This document shows, one piece after another, positions 1 through 10,553 of a stretch of 64,000 bases of DNA (the first letter of the stretch is position 1; each line of letters opens with the position of its first letter). This DNA is from Pachysolen tannophilus NRRL Y-2460 (taxonomy: Eukaryota). The position numbers and the translations under genes were made by a program. The stretch covers positions 245,944-309,943 of the forward strand of contig KV454018.1 of NCBI GenBank assembly GCA_001661245.1. The letters are read 5' to 3'. Under the pieces are notes generated by a model. It searched no databases. It had not been told where the DNA came from and saw only the letters and a list, made by a program, of their open reading frames with translations.

Positions 1-1205
1 CCATCAAACAGCCAATGTTCATCTGTTGAAACTTTAAATTCAAACCATTTAAGTACTAATTTTTCAATTTTATTTCTTAATTTAGTAAAATCTTCATCGT
101 TTATGGTAACAATTTCAGGTTTTTGTAATAAATGTATCAAGACTTTATTTAATTTTGTATTTTTTATCAGACTAATCTCTGCTGTTTTCATCTTTGATAA
201 TTCATCAATTAATTGAATAATACGATCAAAATCTGTATTTTTTTTAAAATTTTTTAAATAATTAATATATTCAGCAGAAGTAAAATTATTTTTCGGTATT
301 AAAAGTTTTTCTTGTAATAAAGTCCTAGTATTGAAAAAAATCTTTGTATGTTTGTTAATATTTTCAAATAATTGTTTTGATGGTGGTATGAATTTAGTAA
401 CAATATCAGTATTATTTTCATTTTCATCATCTAATCCCCAATCAGAATCAGAACTTTCTTCTTCTTCTTCTTCTTCTTCTTCAGATTCAAGGTAATCATC
501 TTCACCATCTATTTCATCACCTTCTATATCGTCATGACTCTTTGACTTGACAATTTTCTTTGTCTTTTTTTTCCCATTACTTTTATTCTTTGATAATGTA
601 GATTTCAGTTTCAGTTTCAATTTTGTTGATTTTTTTTTCTGTGACAGCAGCGGCAGAGATTTTTTCCTCTTTATACTTTTCCTTCTAGGAACAACAACCA
701 CTTCCCCATCATCATCATCTTCATCGTCAAACGCAGCATCATCAATATCTACATCTGCATCCAGGTCCAGATCCAGGTCCAGAACTGCATCGGCATCTAC
801 ATCTGCTTCAGCATCTTCATATTCACCATTGGCATCCGTTTCAAAACCTTGATTTTCAACAACTGATTCTGGTTCTGGTTCTGGTTCTGGTTGCTTTGGA
901 ATCACATCTTCCGATTTCGGGTTAGTTTTCGCAATTTCAAAAGCTTTTCTTAAATTTCCTTTACATTTCTTTGGATTTTCTAAGAATTTTTCAATATATT
1001 CAATATCAATTTTTGTTAAATTTTTAGCACTATTCCAAAAAAATGTATTATCACCCAAGAAAAATACCGGATATACAGCGTGTTTAACTTTTGGTTTTTG
1101 AGATAAAACATTCGCAGGTAAACGAGATTCGGGACATATAATTGCAGGCCAAGCAGCATATCCTGGAATCTTGGACAACACCAATTCCTCTTCGTTAAAT
1201 GACAT
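1..1205 (-). CDS. IOC4: PWWP-domain ISWI complex subunit Ioc4-like (3' end runs off the window; absent from ORF track)
   Basis: Manual translation from ATG at 1205: MSFNEEELVLSKIPGYAAWPAIICPE...VFFLGDNTFFW (PWWP variant), acidic/basic linker, SDSDWGLD. Lies tandem downstream of MCM1 like S. cerevisiae YMR043W/YMR044W. Confidence 0.8.
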   Translation of the reverse strand, partial: MSFNEEELVLSKIPGYAAWPAIICPESRLPANVLSQKPKVKHAVYPVFFLGDNTFFWNSAKNLTKIDIEYIEKFLENPKKCKGNLRKAFEIAKTNPKSEDVIPKQPEPEPEPESVVENQGFETDANGEYEDAEADVDADAVLDLDLDLDADVDIDDAAFDDEDDDDGEVVVVPRRKSIKRKKSLPLLSQKKKSTKLKLKLKSTLSKNKSNGKKKTKKIVKSKSHDDIEGDEIDGEDDYLESEEEEEEEEESSDSDWGLDDENENNTDIVTKFIPPSKQLFENINKHTKIFFNTRTLLQEKLLIPKNNFTSAEYINYLKNFKKNTDFDRIIQLIDELSKMKTAEISLIKNTKLNKVLIHLLQKPEIVTINDEDFTKLRNKIEKLVLKWFEFKVSTDEHWLFD

Positions 1206-1549
1206 TTCAATATAGATCAATTATTATAGATATCTATTATTATTATTTATATTATAATAAAATCTTTAAAAAAATACGAGTTTTTATACTTTTCATTAAC
1301 AAAATTGTAAAATCAAAAATTTTGAGTTGACTTCGCACTACTGCGTTAATCATTAATTGAAAAGAATTAAAGAATAAAGATAAAAGAGATATATCAAAAA
1401 CTTTTGATATTGAACCAACCAAATAATTGGATAATTGGAAAGGGAAATTGGGTTCTTCCCGTTATTTCTCTGGTTTTCTTTTATTGACCAAGACAAAAAA
1501 TTATTAAAACAACTAAGAGAATCTAAAAAAAAAAAAAAAAAAAAAAAAA

Positions 1550-2481
1550 TTGTTGTAAATAACAGAAAAACTAAAGGTACTCAAACCTAAAAAAAAATAT
1601 AACAAAAGATAATGGGAGGAAAATAAGAAAAAGAAATTTGAAATAGAAGGAAAGAAAAGAAACACAAAAAAAAAAAAAAATAAAAAAAAAGGTATATAAA
1701 AAAATAAAAAAAAGCTTGATTAAACTATCCATACCAATCAGAATTCAACAACTCACTATAAAAGAAAGAAAAATAAAAAAAAAGATATTTTCAACTTCAT
1801 TGATTGTATTTTTTGTAAATTTATTTTTTTTTTTATTTTTTTTTTTTTTTNNNNNNNNNNNNNNNNNNNNNNNNNNNNNNNNNNNNNNNNNNNNNNNNNN
1901 NNNNNNNNNNNNNNNNNNNNNNNNNNNNNNNNNNNNNNNNNNNNNNNNNNNNNNNNNNNNNNNNNNNNNNNNNNNNNNNNNNNNNNNNNNNNNNNNNNNN
2001 NNNNNNNNNNNNNNNNNNNNNNNNNNNNNNNNNNNNNNNNNNNNNNNNNNNNNNNNNNNNNNNNNNNNNNNNNNNNNNNNNNNNNNNNNNNNNNNNNNNN
2101 NNNNNNNNNNNNNNNNNNNNNNNNNNNNNNNNNNNNNNNNNNNNNNNNNNNNNNNNNNNNNNNNNNNNNNNNNNNNNNNNNNNNNNNNNNNNNNNTTGTT
2201 GTAAATAACAGAAAAACTAAAGGTACTCAAACCTAAAAAAAAATATAACAAAAGATAATGGGAGGAAAATAAGAAAAAGAAATTTGAAATAGAAGGAAAG
2301 AAAAGAAACACAAAAAAAAATAAAAAATATATAAAAAATAAAAAAAGCTTGATTAAACTATCCATACCAATCAGAATTCAACAACTCACTATAAAAGAAA
2401 GAAAAATAAAAAAAAGATATTTTCAACTTCATTGATTGTATTTTTTGTAAATTTATTTTTTATTTTTNTTTTTTTTTTTTT
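1550..2481. repeat. ~300 bp direct duplication flanking an N gap (1851-2195)
   Basis: 1550-1850 and 2196-2481 are near-identical, differing mainly at homopolymer runs. Confidence 0.9.
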
Positions 2482-3012
2482 TTAATTGAAATAAGATTCA
2501 GGCATATATGATGGATAAGCCCCTGATTGTTGTTGAGGTTGTGCTTGTTGAGGAGGTTGTTGAACAGGAGTTTGTGGTTGATGTTGCAGTGGGGACGATT
2601 GAACCGGCAGCTGATCGTCATCAGCTTCTGGTTCTTCTTCTGGAGCGTTAAGACAAGCTTGAATCAAATTTTTCCCCTCTGGTTTTGTAACTAAAGGTTG
2701 TAATTTTGGAGTTGTAAAAGTATAAACTAAACCAGTTTCACTAACAACTAATAATAAAACTTGTGTACCTGTTAATACAGATAATTCGTATGCTTTTTTC
2801 ATGATACCTGCTTTTCTTTTAGAAAAAGTGATATGACGTCTTGATTTATCTTGAATAAATCTAATTTCAATCTTTCTTCTTTCTCTTGCTTTACCTCCTG
2901 ATCCTTGTTCATCATCATCATCATCACCTGCTCCAGTTTGAATTTGGTTTTCAAGTGGTTCATGAGAAGCCCCACCAAGCTGATGTTCCATCTTTACTTG
3001 TTCTTCGGACAT
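2482..3012 (-). CDS. MCM1: MADS-box transcription factor Mcm1
   Basis: ERRKIEIRFIQDKSRRHITFSKRKAGIMKKAYELSVLTGTQVLLLVVSETGLVYTF MADS box; Q-rich tail. Confidence 0.97.
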   Translation of the reverse strand: MSEEQVKMEHQLGGASHEPLENQIQTGAGDDDDDEQGSGGKARERRKIEIRFIQDKSRRHITFSKRKAGIMKKAYELSVLTGTQVLLLVVSETGLVYTFTTPKLQPLVTKPEGKNLIQACLNAPEEEPEADDDQLPVQSSPLQHQPQTPVQQPPQQAQPQQQSGAYPSYMPESYFN

Positions 3013-3013
3013 C

Positions 3014-3310
3014 CTAAAAGAGACAAAAAATTAAAAAACAAAAACATATAGTTAGTATTTTTATACAAATTTTTTAAAATTTCTAATTTTTTTAAATTTT
3101 TTTTCCCGTAATTTTTTTTCCAATCCAATTTGTTTTTGTTTATTTGGCTCCCTTCCCACCCGCCTTGTTTTAATTACAACAACAAGAACAATAACAAAAT
3201 TGAATTTTTCAATAAACAATCTTTTAATTCATCATCATCTATTGATTGATTCATCACTCATCATGCAGTCGACCTATTCGAGTAATACGACTTGATAAAT
3301 TACAACTTAC
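3014..3310 (-). other. 5'-UTR intron of MCM1 (donor uncertain: 3310 or 3560)
   Basis: Minus strand: TACTAAC at 3051-3057, pyrimidine tract, TAG|G ATG; GTAAGT donors at 3305-3310 and 3555-3560. Confidence 0.75.
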
Positions 3311-3902
3311 CCAATGTAGTAAGAATCTTGATAATGATAAAGAAATTAAAAAAAAAATTTTTTTTTTATTTCCTCTTTTCTTTAATAATAAAAAAATCAA
3401 ATAGAGTATTAATTTCTAATTGTGTACAAATTAGTTTAAAAAATACCAAACAAATGGAAATAGAATTCCTAATAAATATAATAATCTCTTTTGGGGAAAT
3501 AGGTAAAAAAAAATTAAAATCAAAAAAGAAAAAAAATAAATAAACGATTAAGGAACTTACTTTTAAATTATACGATAACTAATTGATTGATCCAATAAAT
3601 CAATAATGATTTATATACATATATATATATATATATTTATAATAATATTATATTTTTTTATTTTATTGGAAAAAAGAATATAACTTGTTATGTTTATAAT
3701 AATAATATATAAACAAATTATAGAAATTACACTTTAGGAAGGCAAACATTTTATTTCTAAAAATGTAAAATTTGGAAACTTGGTGAACGACTTTTCAATG
3801 TTGAAACAGAAAATACGGAATGCGGTAATTCTTACTAAATTTTGTTTCTGTTTTGTTTTTTTTTGTTTTCTTTGTTTTTTTTGTTATTTCATGACTTTTG
3901 AG

Positions 3903-3939
3903 TTTCCCGATTGGGACAGCGGGTATCCCAATCCGGTAA
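3903..3939. promoter_or_regulatory. Inverted pair of Mcm1-type (CC-N6-GG) sites upstream of MCM1
   Basis: TTTCCCGATTGGGACA (3903-3918) and TATCCCAATCCGGTAA (3924-3939). Confidence 0.45.
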
Positions 3940-4623
3940 CCATAACAAAAATTCCTGCAGTATATTGACGGTTGTTTGCCGTGTACACTACTCATTAACT
4001 AACTAACTAATTAATTAACTAACTTGTTGTCCGCACTGTAATTTTTATTAAACCATGTTAAAGTAAGCAAATTAAGCAATTAAATAGCTACAATTAAAAT
4101 TATTTATTAGTATTATTCATAATGAAAATAATGATGGATGATTGATGAGAAATAGGGTATTGGTACATAAGATTGTAACTAAAAACAAAAAAAAAAAAAA
4201 AAAATAAATAAAAATAAAAAGGTTTGAGAGAATAATAAAAAAAAAAGAAGATAAAAATTTTTTTGGTTAATTGTTCAAATAAAAAAGTATAATTTAATAA
4301 AATAAAATTGGTAAAAAAAAAAAAAAATTAATGGGTAAATTATTATTATTATTATTGTTATTAGTAGTAGTAGTAGTAGTAGTATTATTATTATTATATT
4401 ATTATTGTTATTATTAAAAAAAAAGCAGCCAGCATCAACTAAACAAAGAAATTTTTCATCAATTTTTTTTTAATTTTTTATTTAAAACAATTTTTCTTTC
4501 TTTCTTTCTTTCTCTTTTGTTCTTCTCGTTTTTTTTTTTCTGTTCTTGGATAAAGTCTCATTGTAAATGATTGTAGCATTTTCTCATGGACACCTTGGTT
4601 AAAAAAAAGCAAAACAAGCCAAT

Positions 4624-4740
4624 TTATTTGTTGGCTAACTTCTTTCTGTTCTTGATGTATTTAGATAACCAAATAGCAAAGACAGCAACTGCGATAACGA
4701 ATATCAAGCAAAAGACTAAGATAACACCAGCTGGGAACAT
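4624..4740 (-). CDS. PMP1: Plasma-membrane H+-ATPase proteolipid, Pmp1/Pmp2 family, 38 aa (absent from ORF track)
   Basis: MFPAGVILVFCLIFVIAVAVFAIWLSKYIKNRKKLANK*: PxGVILVF start, one TM helix and basic tail as in Pmp1. Preceded by a 5'-UTR intron 4751-4903 (GTAAGT...AACTAAC...TAG). Confidence 0.85.
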   Translation of the reverse strand: MFPAGVILVFCLIFVIAVAVFAIWLSKYIKNRKKLANK

Positions 4741-6101
4741 TGTGAATAAACTATTTTAAAAAAAATAAAAAATAAAAAATTAGTTAGTTATTTATTAAAA
4801 TTAAAATTCATCAATTAATAGAATAATGGATAATTTTTTTTTTTTTTGAGTAATCAATTATAAAAATAATCAATCCATTAACCTAATAATAATAATCACT
4901 TACTTTGATTGTTTTTAATGATTTTTCTTTTTGCAATTAAATTAATTAAACCTTCAAAATTTTTTTCTTAAAAAAAAAAATGAAGAAATAAATAAAAAAT
5001 AAGTAGAAATTCCCAAAATTAAAAATGGAAAAGAAAAAACTAAAAAATAAAAAAAAAATTATTAAAAAAAAAAAAAAAAATTAAAATAAAATAAAATACC
5101 TTTTCCTTTTACTATCTAAAATGGAAATTGTTTATTATTTATGTCGAAGAATTAATTTATTGTGCTCATAATAAAAGAAAAAAGAGTTAATGAATTAGTG
5201 AGAGAAAAAAATGAAGAAAAAAAAAAAGAAAAAAAAGAATCCGGTTTTCTCGAAACCATAGAAACTCTATGTCATACATTATGAATTGTTAATATATTTT
5301 AATTTAACGACGGCTATTCAAGTATTAAACCCAGCCGTTTTTCATCTGTTTATGGACAGAATAGGGTAATAACAAGCTAGACATATACATTGGGTTTAAA
5401 AATTAAAAATAAAAAAATTTTCGCATGCGGATAGTACGGGAAACTAATGAAAAGATGAGGGTACGAATATCCCGAAATTAAAAGGCTGGTTTAGAATAAC
5501 GCTACTATTTTCCTAATAGTTTTTTAGTTTTAAAATTAAATTTTATTAGTTTGTTAAACTATGTTTCGGGTACTCGCATAATCCCATTGGTGCTGGTAGC
5601 CCCACCCACCCATCTTAATTACAACCTATCTTTTTTTATTCCTAATTTTTGTTTTACCGGTAAATATCAAAACATCTTTTCGGTTGCGGTATTTTTTTTT
5701 TTTTTTGGTTTTTCTTTGTTGTTGTTTTATTGTTTTGTTTTTATTTACTTTCTTCGAGTTTATTTCCCGATTGGTTTTTTAGGACCGAAATTTTTTTCTT
5801 CTTTTTCTTCTTTTGTATTAAAGGGGAAAGGAAAGGAAAGGAAAGGAAAGGTTAAAAGAAAAAATTGTACTCAAATTTACTCGAAATGATGTTAATTTTC
5901 ATAATTTAGTCTATCTCTATATCTCTCTATATATATATATATATATTATATATATATAATTACAATGGGTTGTTGTTGGTCTCTTGGTCTCTTGGTCTCT
6001 TGGTTTAATTTAAATTGATTGAAAGTCTCAGCCGGCCATTGCACGGCTGAGACTTTTCAAACAAACCAAAAAAAAAAAAAAAAAAAAACCTTTCTTTTCA
6101 G

Positions 6102-6849
6102 TTATTCATTCATAAGAAAATTAACAAATGATTCACCAATTAATGCACCTTCATTTTCACTATTTGCATTCAGTTCAAGAAATTTTTCACATAATTCAGG
6201 ATTAGTTTTACGGAAAACTAATTCAATAATTTTATTTGAAAATTGTTTTGAAAATTCTGGATGTCCTTGAACTGTTAATATTTTACATTTTAAACTATAA
6301 ATTCCTTGTATTTTACAATAAATTGTACTTCCAATATTTATAAAATCATATTTTTCATCTGGTAATGAATAAATATAATCTTTATGCATTTCTATTAAAT
6401 TAATATTTTTTTTAAAATAATTTTTAAAAAAAAAATTTTTTGATAAATTTTCATTTAATTTAATTTTTTGAATTCCTGCTTCCCATCCTTGTGGATTTCT
6501 ACAAACTTTACCACCAAATGCAATATTTATAATTTGCAGACCAAAACAAACACCAACTATAGGTTTATGATAAATTTTAACAATAGATCGAATAAATTCA
6601 ATTAATTTTAATATCCATCCATCATCACTAAAAGAATCACTTCTTGAACCTGTTATATAAAAACCTTTAATTTTTAAAATATCTTCTGATGAAGGTAATT
6701 CTTCAAGTATAGCATGATATTTTTTAAAATTTAATTTCATACCACCATTTTGTAATAATTTAATTCCTAAATCTCCAAAATCTCCAAATTCTTCAAATCC
6801 TGGAATTATAGTATCACAAACAATAACCGCTATATATTGATCCCCAGTC

Positions 6850-6851
<2 letters not shown>
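6102..6851 (-). CDS. Class I glutamine amidotransferase-like protein (YLR126C-like)
   Basis: ITGSRSD, GVCFGxQ nucleophile elbow, QGHPEF catalytic His-Glu. Confidence 0.88.
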
Positions 6852-6882
<31 letters not shown>

Positions 6883-7256
6883 CAATCTTATTATTAATTA
6901 TCTCATTATCTCATTATCTTATTCACCTATCAATGTTTATTATAACTTGTTTACTTTTTTCATCTATTTTTTACACTACTAGTATCACTACTACTATAAA
7001 AACTATACAAAGAAACAAAGAAAGACAAGAAAAGAAAAGAAAAGATAAATATTAATTATATATTTAAAAGTCATCTGTTATCCAGTAGTGATCACTTGAA
7101 TAATTAAACATAATTTTTTTTGGTTAATCTTTTTTCTAATATACAAACAAACAAACAAACAAACAAACAAAAAAAGATATTCCATAATTCCCTTGACCTA
7201 GTTGGTAATTTTTTTTTTTTCAAATCAATTCAGCAACTTTACCTTTTTCGCCCCAC

Positions 7257-7811
7257 TTAACGCATTTCATAGTCTTCATCATTATCATCATCAATATCAG
7301 AGTCACAATCATAACTCTGAACAGGCCCAAACCCGCCATTACTATAACCACTTGTCATATAACTTTCCACAGAATTACCACTATCCCTTGTATTTGAATT
7401 ATTTCCAAGATGTAATTTATAACCATCAATACCATGATGAGTATTTTGTAAATTAAATCTTGAATCTGAAGGTTTTTCTAATTGACTAATTCTAACATTA
7501 TCTTTGAAAAAAGTTCTAATATTACCTTCTGGAGTAAATTGAATATAACCACCTTCAGGATGTATAAATGTTGGATAATCAGATCTACAATTATCATTAT
7601 TTAAATTTAAATTTAAATTTTCAACTTCTTGTTCCGATCTAGTCTTTTTAGTAACTTCTTGATCATCAGAAAGTCTTCTCTTTGATCTTGTACTTGTTTT
7701 CAGTGGCATGGGCACTTGTACAGGAGAATTTCTACCATATTGATAAGATATTTTTGCATCTTGATTATGTGGTGAAACCCTCTGACCTTGATAATTAGTT
7801 TGATATATCAT
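7257..7811 (-). CDS. Hypothetical protein, 184 aa
   Basis: ATG-initiated ORF with protein-like composition and acidic tail; no family recognised. Confidence 0.6.
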   Translation of the reverse strand: MIYQTNYQGQRVSPHNQDAKISYQYGRNSPVQVPMPLKTSTRSKRRLSDDQEVTKKTRSEQEVENLNLNLNNDNCRSDYPTFIHPEGGYIQFTPEGNIRTFFKDNVRISQLEKPSDSRFNLQNTHHGIDGYKLHLGNNSNTRDSGNSVESYMTSGYSNGGFGPVQSYDCDSDIDDDNDEDYEMR

Positions 7812-8303
7812 GATTAACCAAAAACTAAAAAGAAAAACTAAAAAAACGCGTATTAATATACAAAAAACAAAATTTTTTTAAAAGAAAGAAAAAAAATTAT
7901 TTTACCCAACTTCTTATATTATTATATAATAGAAAATATCTTTTTTATCTATTATTTATCTTTATTTCTTTTCTTTCTCTTTTACTATTTAAACTTCTGT
8001 TATACTACTTAAGTTTATAGTCGTGCTGCTGTGCTGCACTTTAAATAATTTTTCACTTTCACTTTTTTTTCTGCATGGTGCAAAGCGAAGAAAATAAAAA
8101 AAAAATTTTTTTAATCAAGCCGAGAAAAAGGAAAAAGAAAGAAGAATAAGAAGAGGAAAAAAATTCTAGCCTTTTAATAAAACTTAATTGAATTTATATT
8201 GTTGATTTACAATTATTATAAAGTAGAAATTAACTAGACTATAAAAAAATTGTTACGTAATATATATATATAACTATATATATAACTATATATTTTATTT
8301 AAA

Positions 8304-9539
8304 TTAATTTAAATTTGAAGTTTCTAAATTTTTAGTTATTGTATTAATTTCTCCATTTATCTCTTGTGAATTTTGTGAATCTTGTGATTGATCAAGTTTA
8401 GCTCCAGGGTATTTACTACCTTTATTTTTCAATTTTTTAGTTTTCTTTAAATCTTTTGAATTTGATGTTCCTACAGGGTAAGCTTTTTCTTGAACTTGTT
8501 TAAATTCTGGAGTATTTTCAAATTCTTCTCTAATTGGTGCTAATAATTCATTAATTGCATCTGTTACACCAATTTTTAAATCTGGTGGTGATAATTTTTC
8601 ATTTTTAAAATCATTTTTTAAATTTTCAAATGAATTATAAGTTATAGGACCACCAAATTTTTCAGGTCTATTAATGAAAAATTCAAATTTTCCAACAATT
8701 TCAGTTTTTAAATGATAAATTGGTACTAAAACATATTCAATAAATGATAATAAACCATTTTCTTCAATATTACCTGGTGCACAAAATGCAGAATTAATTT
8801 TTTTTTTAACTTGTTTTGGATCTTCTAAAATATCAATCTTTGAATTTGGATCAGACAGTGACATCTTACCACCTTGAGCCAATCCTGGAACCATTGGATT
8901 CATTAAATGAGCTCTTTTTTTATAACCTAAACTTGGTAAATTTTCTTCAGCAAGAACAAAAATTTTTCTTTGATCAACTCCACCAAATTGAACATCACAT
9001 TCTAAATATTGTTCATCTAATGCTTGCATTATAGGATAAATCAACCCTGATAATAATGGATTCGAAACTTGTTTAACAACATCTGCACCTGCTCTTTTAG
9101 CATCATTTTGAGAAACTACATTGGACATTCTGAAAACATCCATAGTATAATCTGGTGTTAATTGATAAGATGAACCAGTAACAAATCTTAATTTTTCAAT
9201 TGGTACATTGATCGATTTTAAAATCGCTTTGATCACATATTCATAATATTTAGCTCTATATTTAACAGTTTCTAAAGGTGCTTTCATATTATCCAAATAA
9301 GCATGTAAATCTGCTAATAAAACTGTAACTTCACATCCAGCTTTTAAAAAATCAGCTAATTTTGTCATTGGAACAAAATAACCACAATGAGGTTTACCTG
9401 TTGGAGCAGTTCCTAAATAAATTTTTAAAGGTCTTTTTTCAACTTCTAAAACATTTTTAATAATTTGAGCATTTAAAACTTCTTGTAAATTTCTAGTTAT
9501 TAAGTTAAACTGTTCTTCCGGATCAGTTACTAATGACAT
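8304..9539 (-). CDS. TYS1: Cytoplasmic tyrosyl-tRNA synthetase
   Basis: [33 protein letters not shown](CTG)SDPNSKID, Lys-rich C-terminal segment. Confidence 0.98.
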   Translation of the reverse strand: MSLVTDPEEQFNLITRNLQEVLNAQIIKNVLEVEKRPLKIYLGTAPTGKPHCGYFVPMTKLADFLKAGCEVTVLLADLHAYLDNMKAPLETVKYRAKYYEYVIKAILKSINVPIEKLRFVTGSSYQLTPDYTMDVFRMSNVVSQNDAKRAGADVVKQVSNPLLSGLIYPIMQALDEQYLECDVQFGGVDQRKIFVLAEENLPSLGYKKRAHLMNPMVPGLAQGGKMSLSDPNSKIDILEDPKQVKKKINSAFCAPGNIEENGLLSFIEYVLVPIYHLKTEIVGKFEFFINRPEKFGGPITYNSFENLKNDFKNEKLSPPDLKIGVTDAINELLAPIREEFENTPEFKQVQEKAYPVGTSNSKDLKKTKKLKNKGSKYPGAKLDQSQDSQNSQEINGEINTITKNLETSNLN

Positions 9540-10553
9540 TTTTCCAAATAACCAAATAACTATAAAAAAAAAATAAAAAATAAAAAAGAAAAAAAAAAAA
9601 CTACCCCAAATATATATATATATGCCTAAAGCAACTTATCAAAGATACAAATACTATCTATAGTCAACAAGATCAACAATTAATAATAAATCTATTGAAT
9701 TTATACTATATCTTTTGACTCATTTTTTAAAAATTTTTCATTATTTCGATTTCTTCAAAGATAGTCAAAGCCAAACAAGTCAAACAAGTCAAAATTACAC
9801 GACGTTTTATTCCACCAAAAGTCTTTACCAAAGAGATGATGAGTGATGGTTTGTTGGTGGGTTGGATCTTTGAGTCACCGATCAATGAAGGGGTAGGTGA
9901 TCATCTGTAGGAGTTTCCATGGGCGGTACTATAAGACCTGGATAAAACATGGGTTTTCCTTGGTTTTTTTTTTTAGAATGTTGATTTGATAGTTAAGGTG
10001 AAAAAGGTAATTAAGGTAAATCAGGAGTAATTGCAATTTGCTAATGATTTTTTATTGTAGATACCAAGAATTAATTAACTATAGAAGAATCTTAAAAAGC
10101 TTCCATTGGAAAGTAAAGTAAATCAAAGTGAGATTTCACAAGAACCTGATCATTCCAATAGACCAAAGAAGAACAAGAAGAAAAAAAAAAATTTTTTTGG
10201 ACGAGAAGAACTAAAGATAAGAATATGAAATTGTAATAAAATGGAGAATTACAATGTTCAAATTTGTAAATTAAGTGAAGTCTGATTATTGATATTATAA
10301 GATATCAAAGATCTAAAAGACCTGATTTTTTGCTCTTATAATGTTTTTAATTCGACGAAATTACTCTGGAGTTGTACTATAATCGTTAAAATAAACCTTT
10401 TATAGAGAAAAATACAATTTGAAAATTTTCCTTCGTAAATCTGAAAAACAAAACGTAACCATTAATTATTTATTTAATTAATTAATTAATCTTATTAATC
10501 CATTGATCTATTTATTGGGATATATAGTTTAATGAATTAGAGCAGTGCCAATT

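Noticed and set aside
547..1210. ORF-track entries 547-852 (+) and 1016-1210 (-)
   Set aside because: Antisense or off-frame shadows of the IOC4-like CDS.
1716..2365. ORFs spanning the N gap
   Set aside because: Open only because of Ns; flanks are low-complexity A/T.
3014..3310. Intronic C/D snoRNA in the MCM1 leader intron (ATGATGA present)
   Set aside because: No CTGA D box downstream within the intron.
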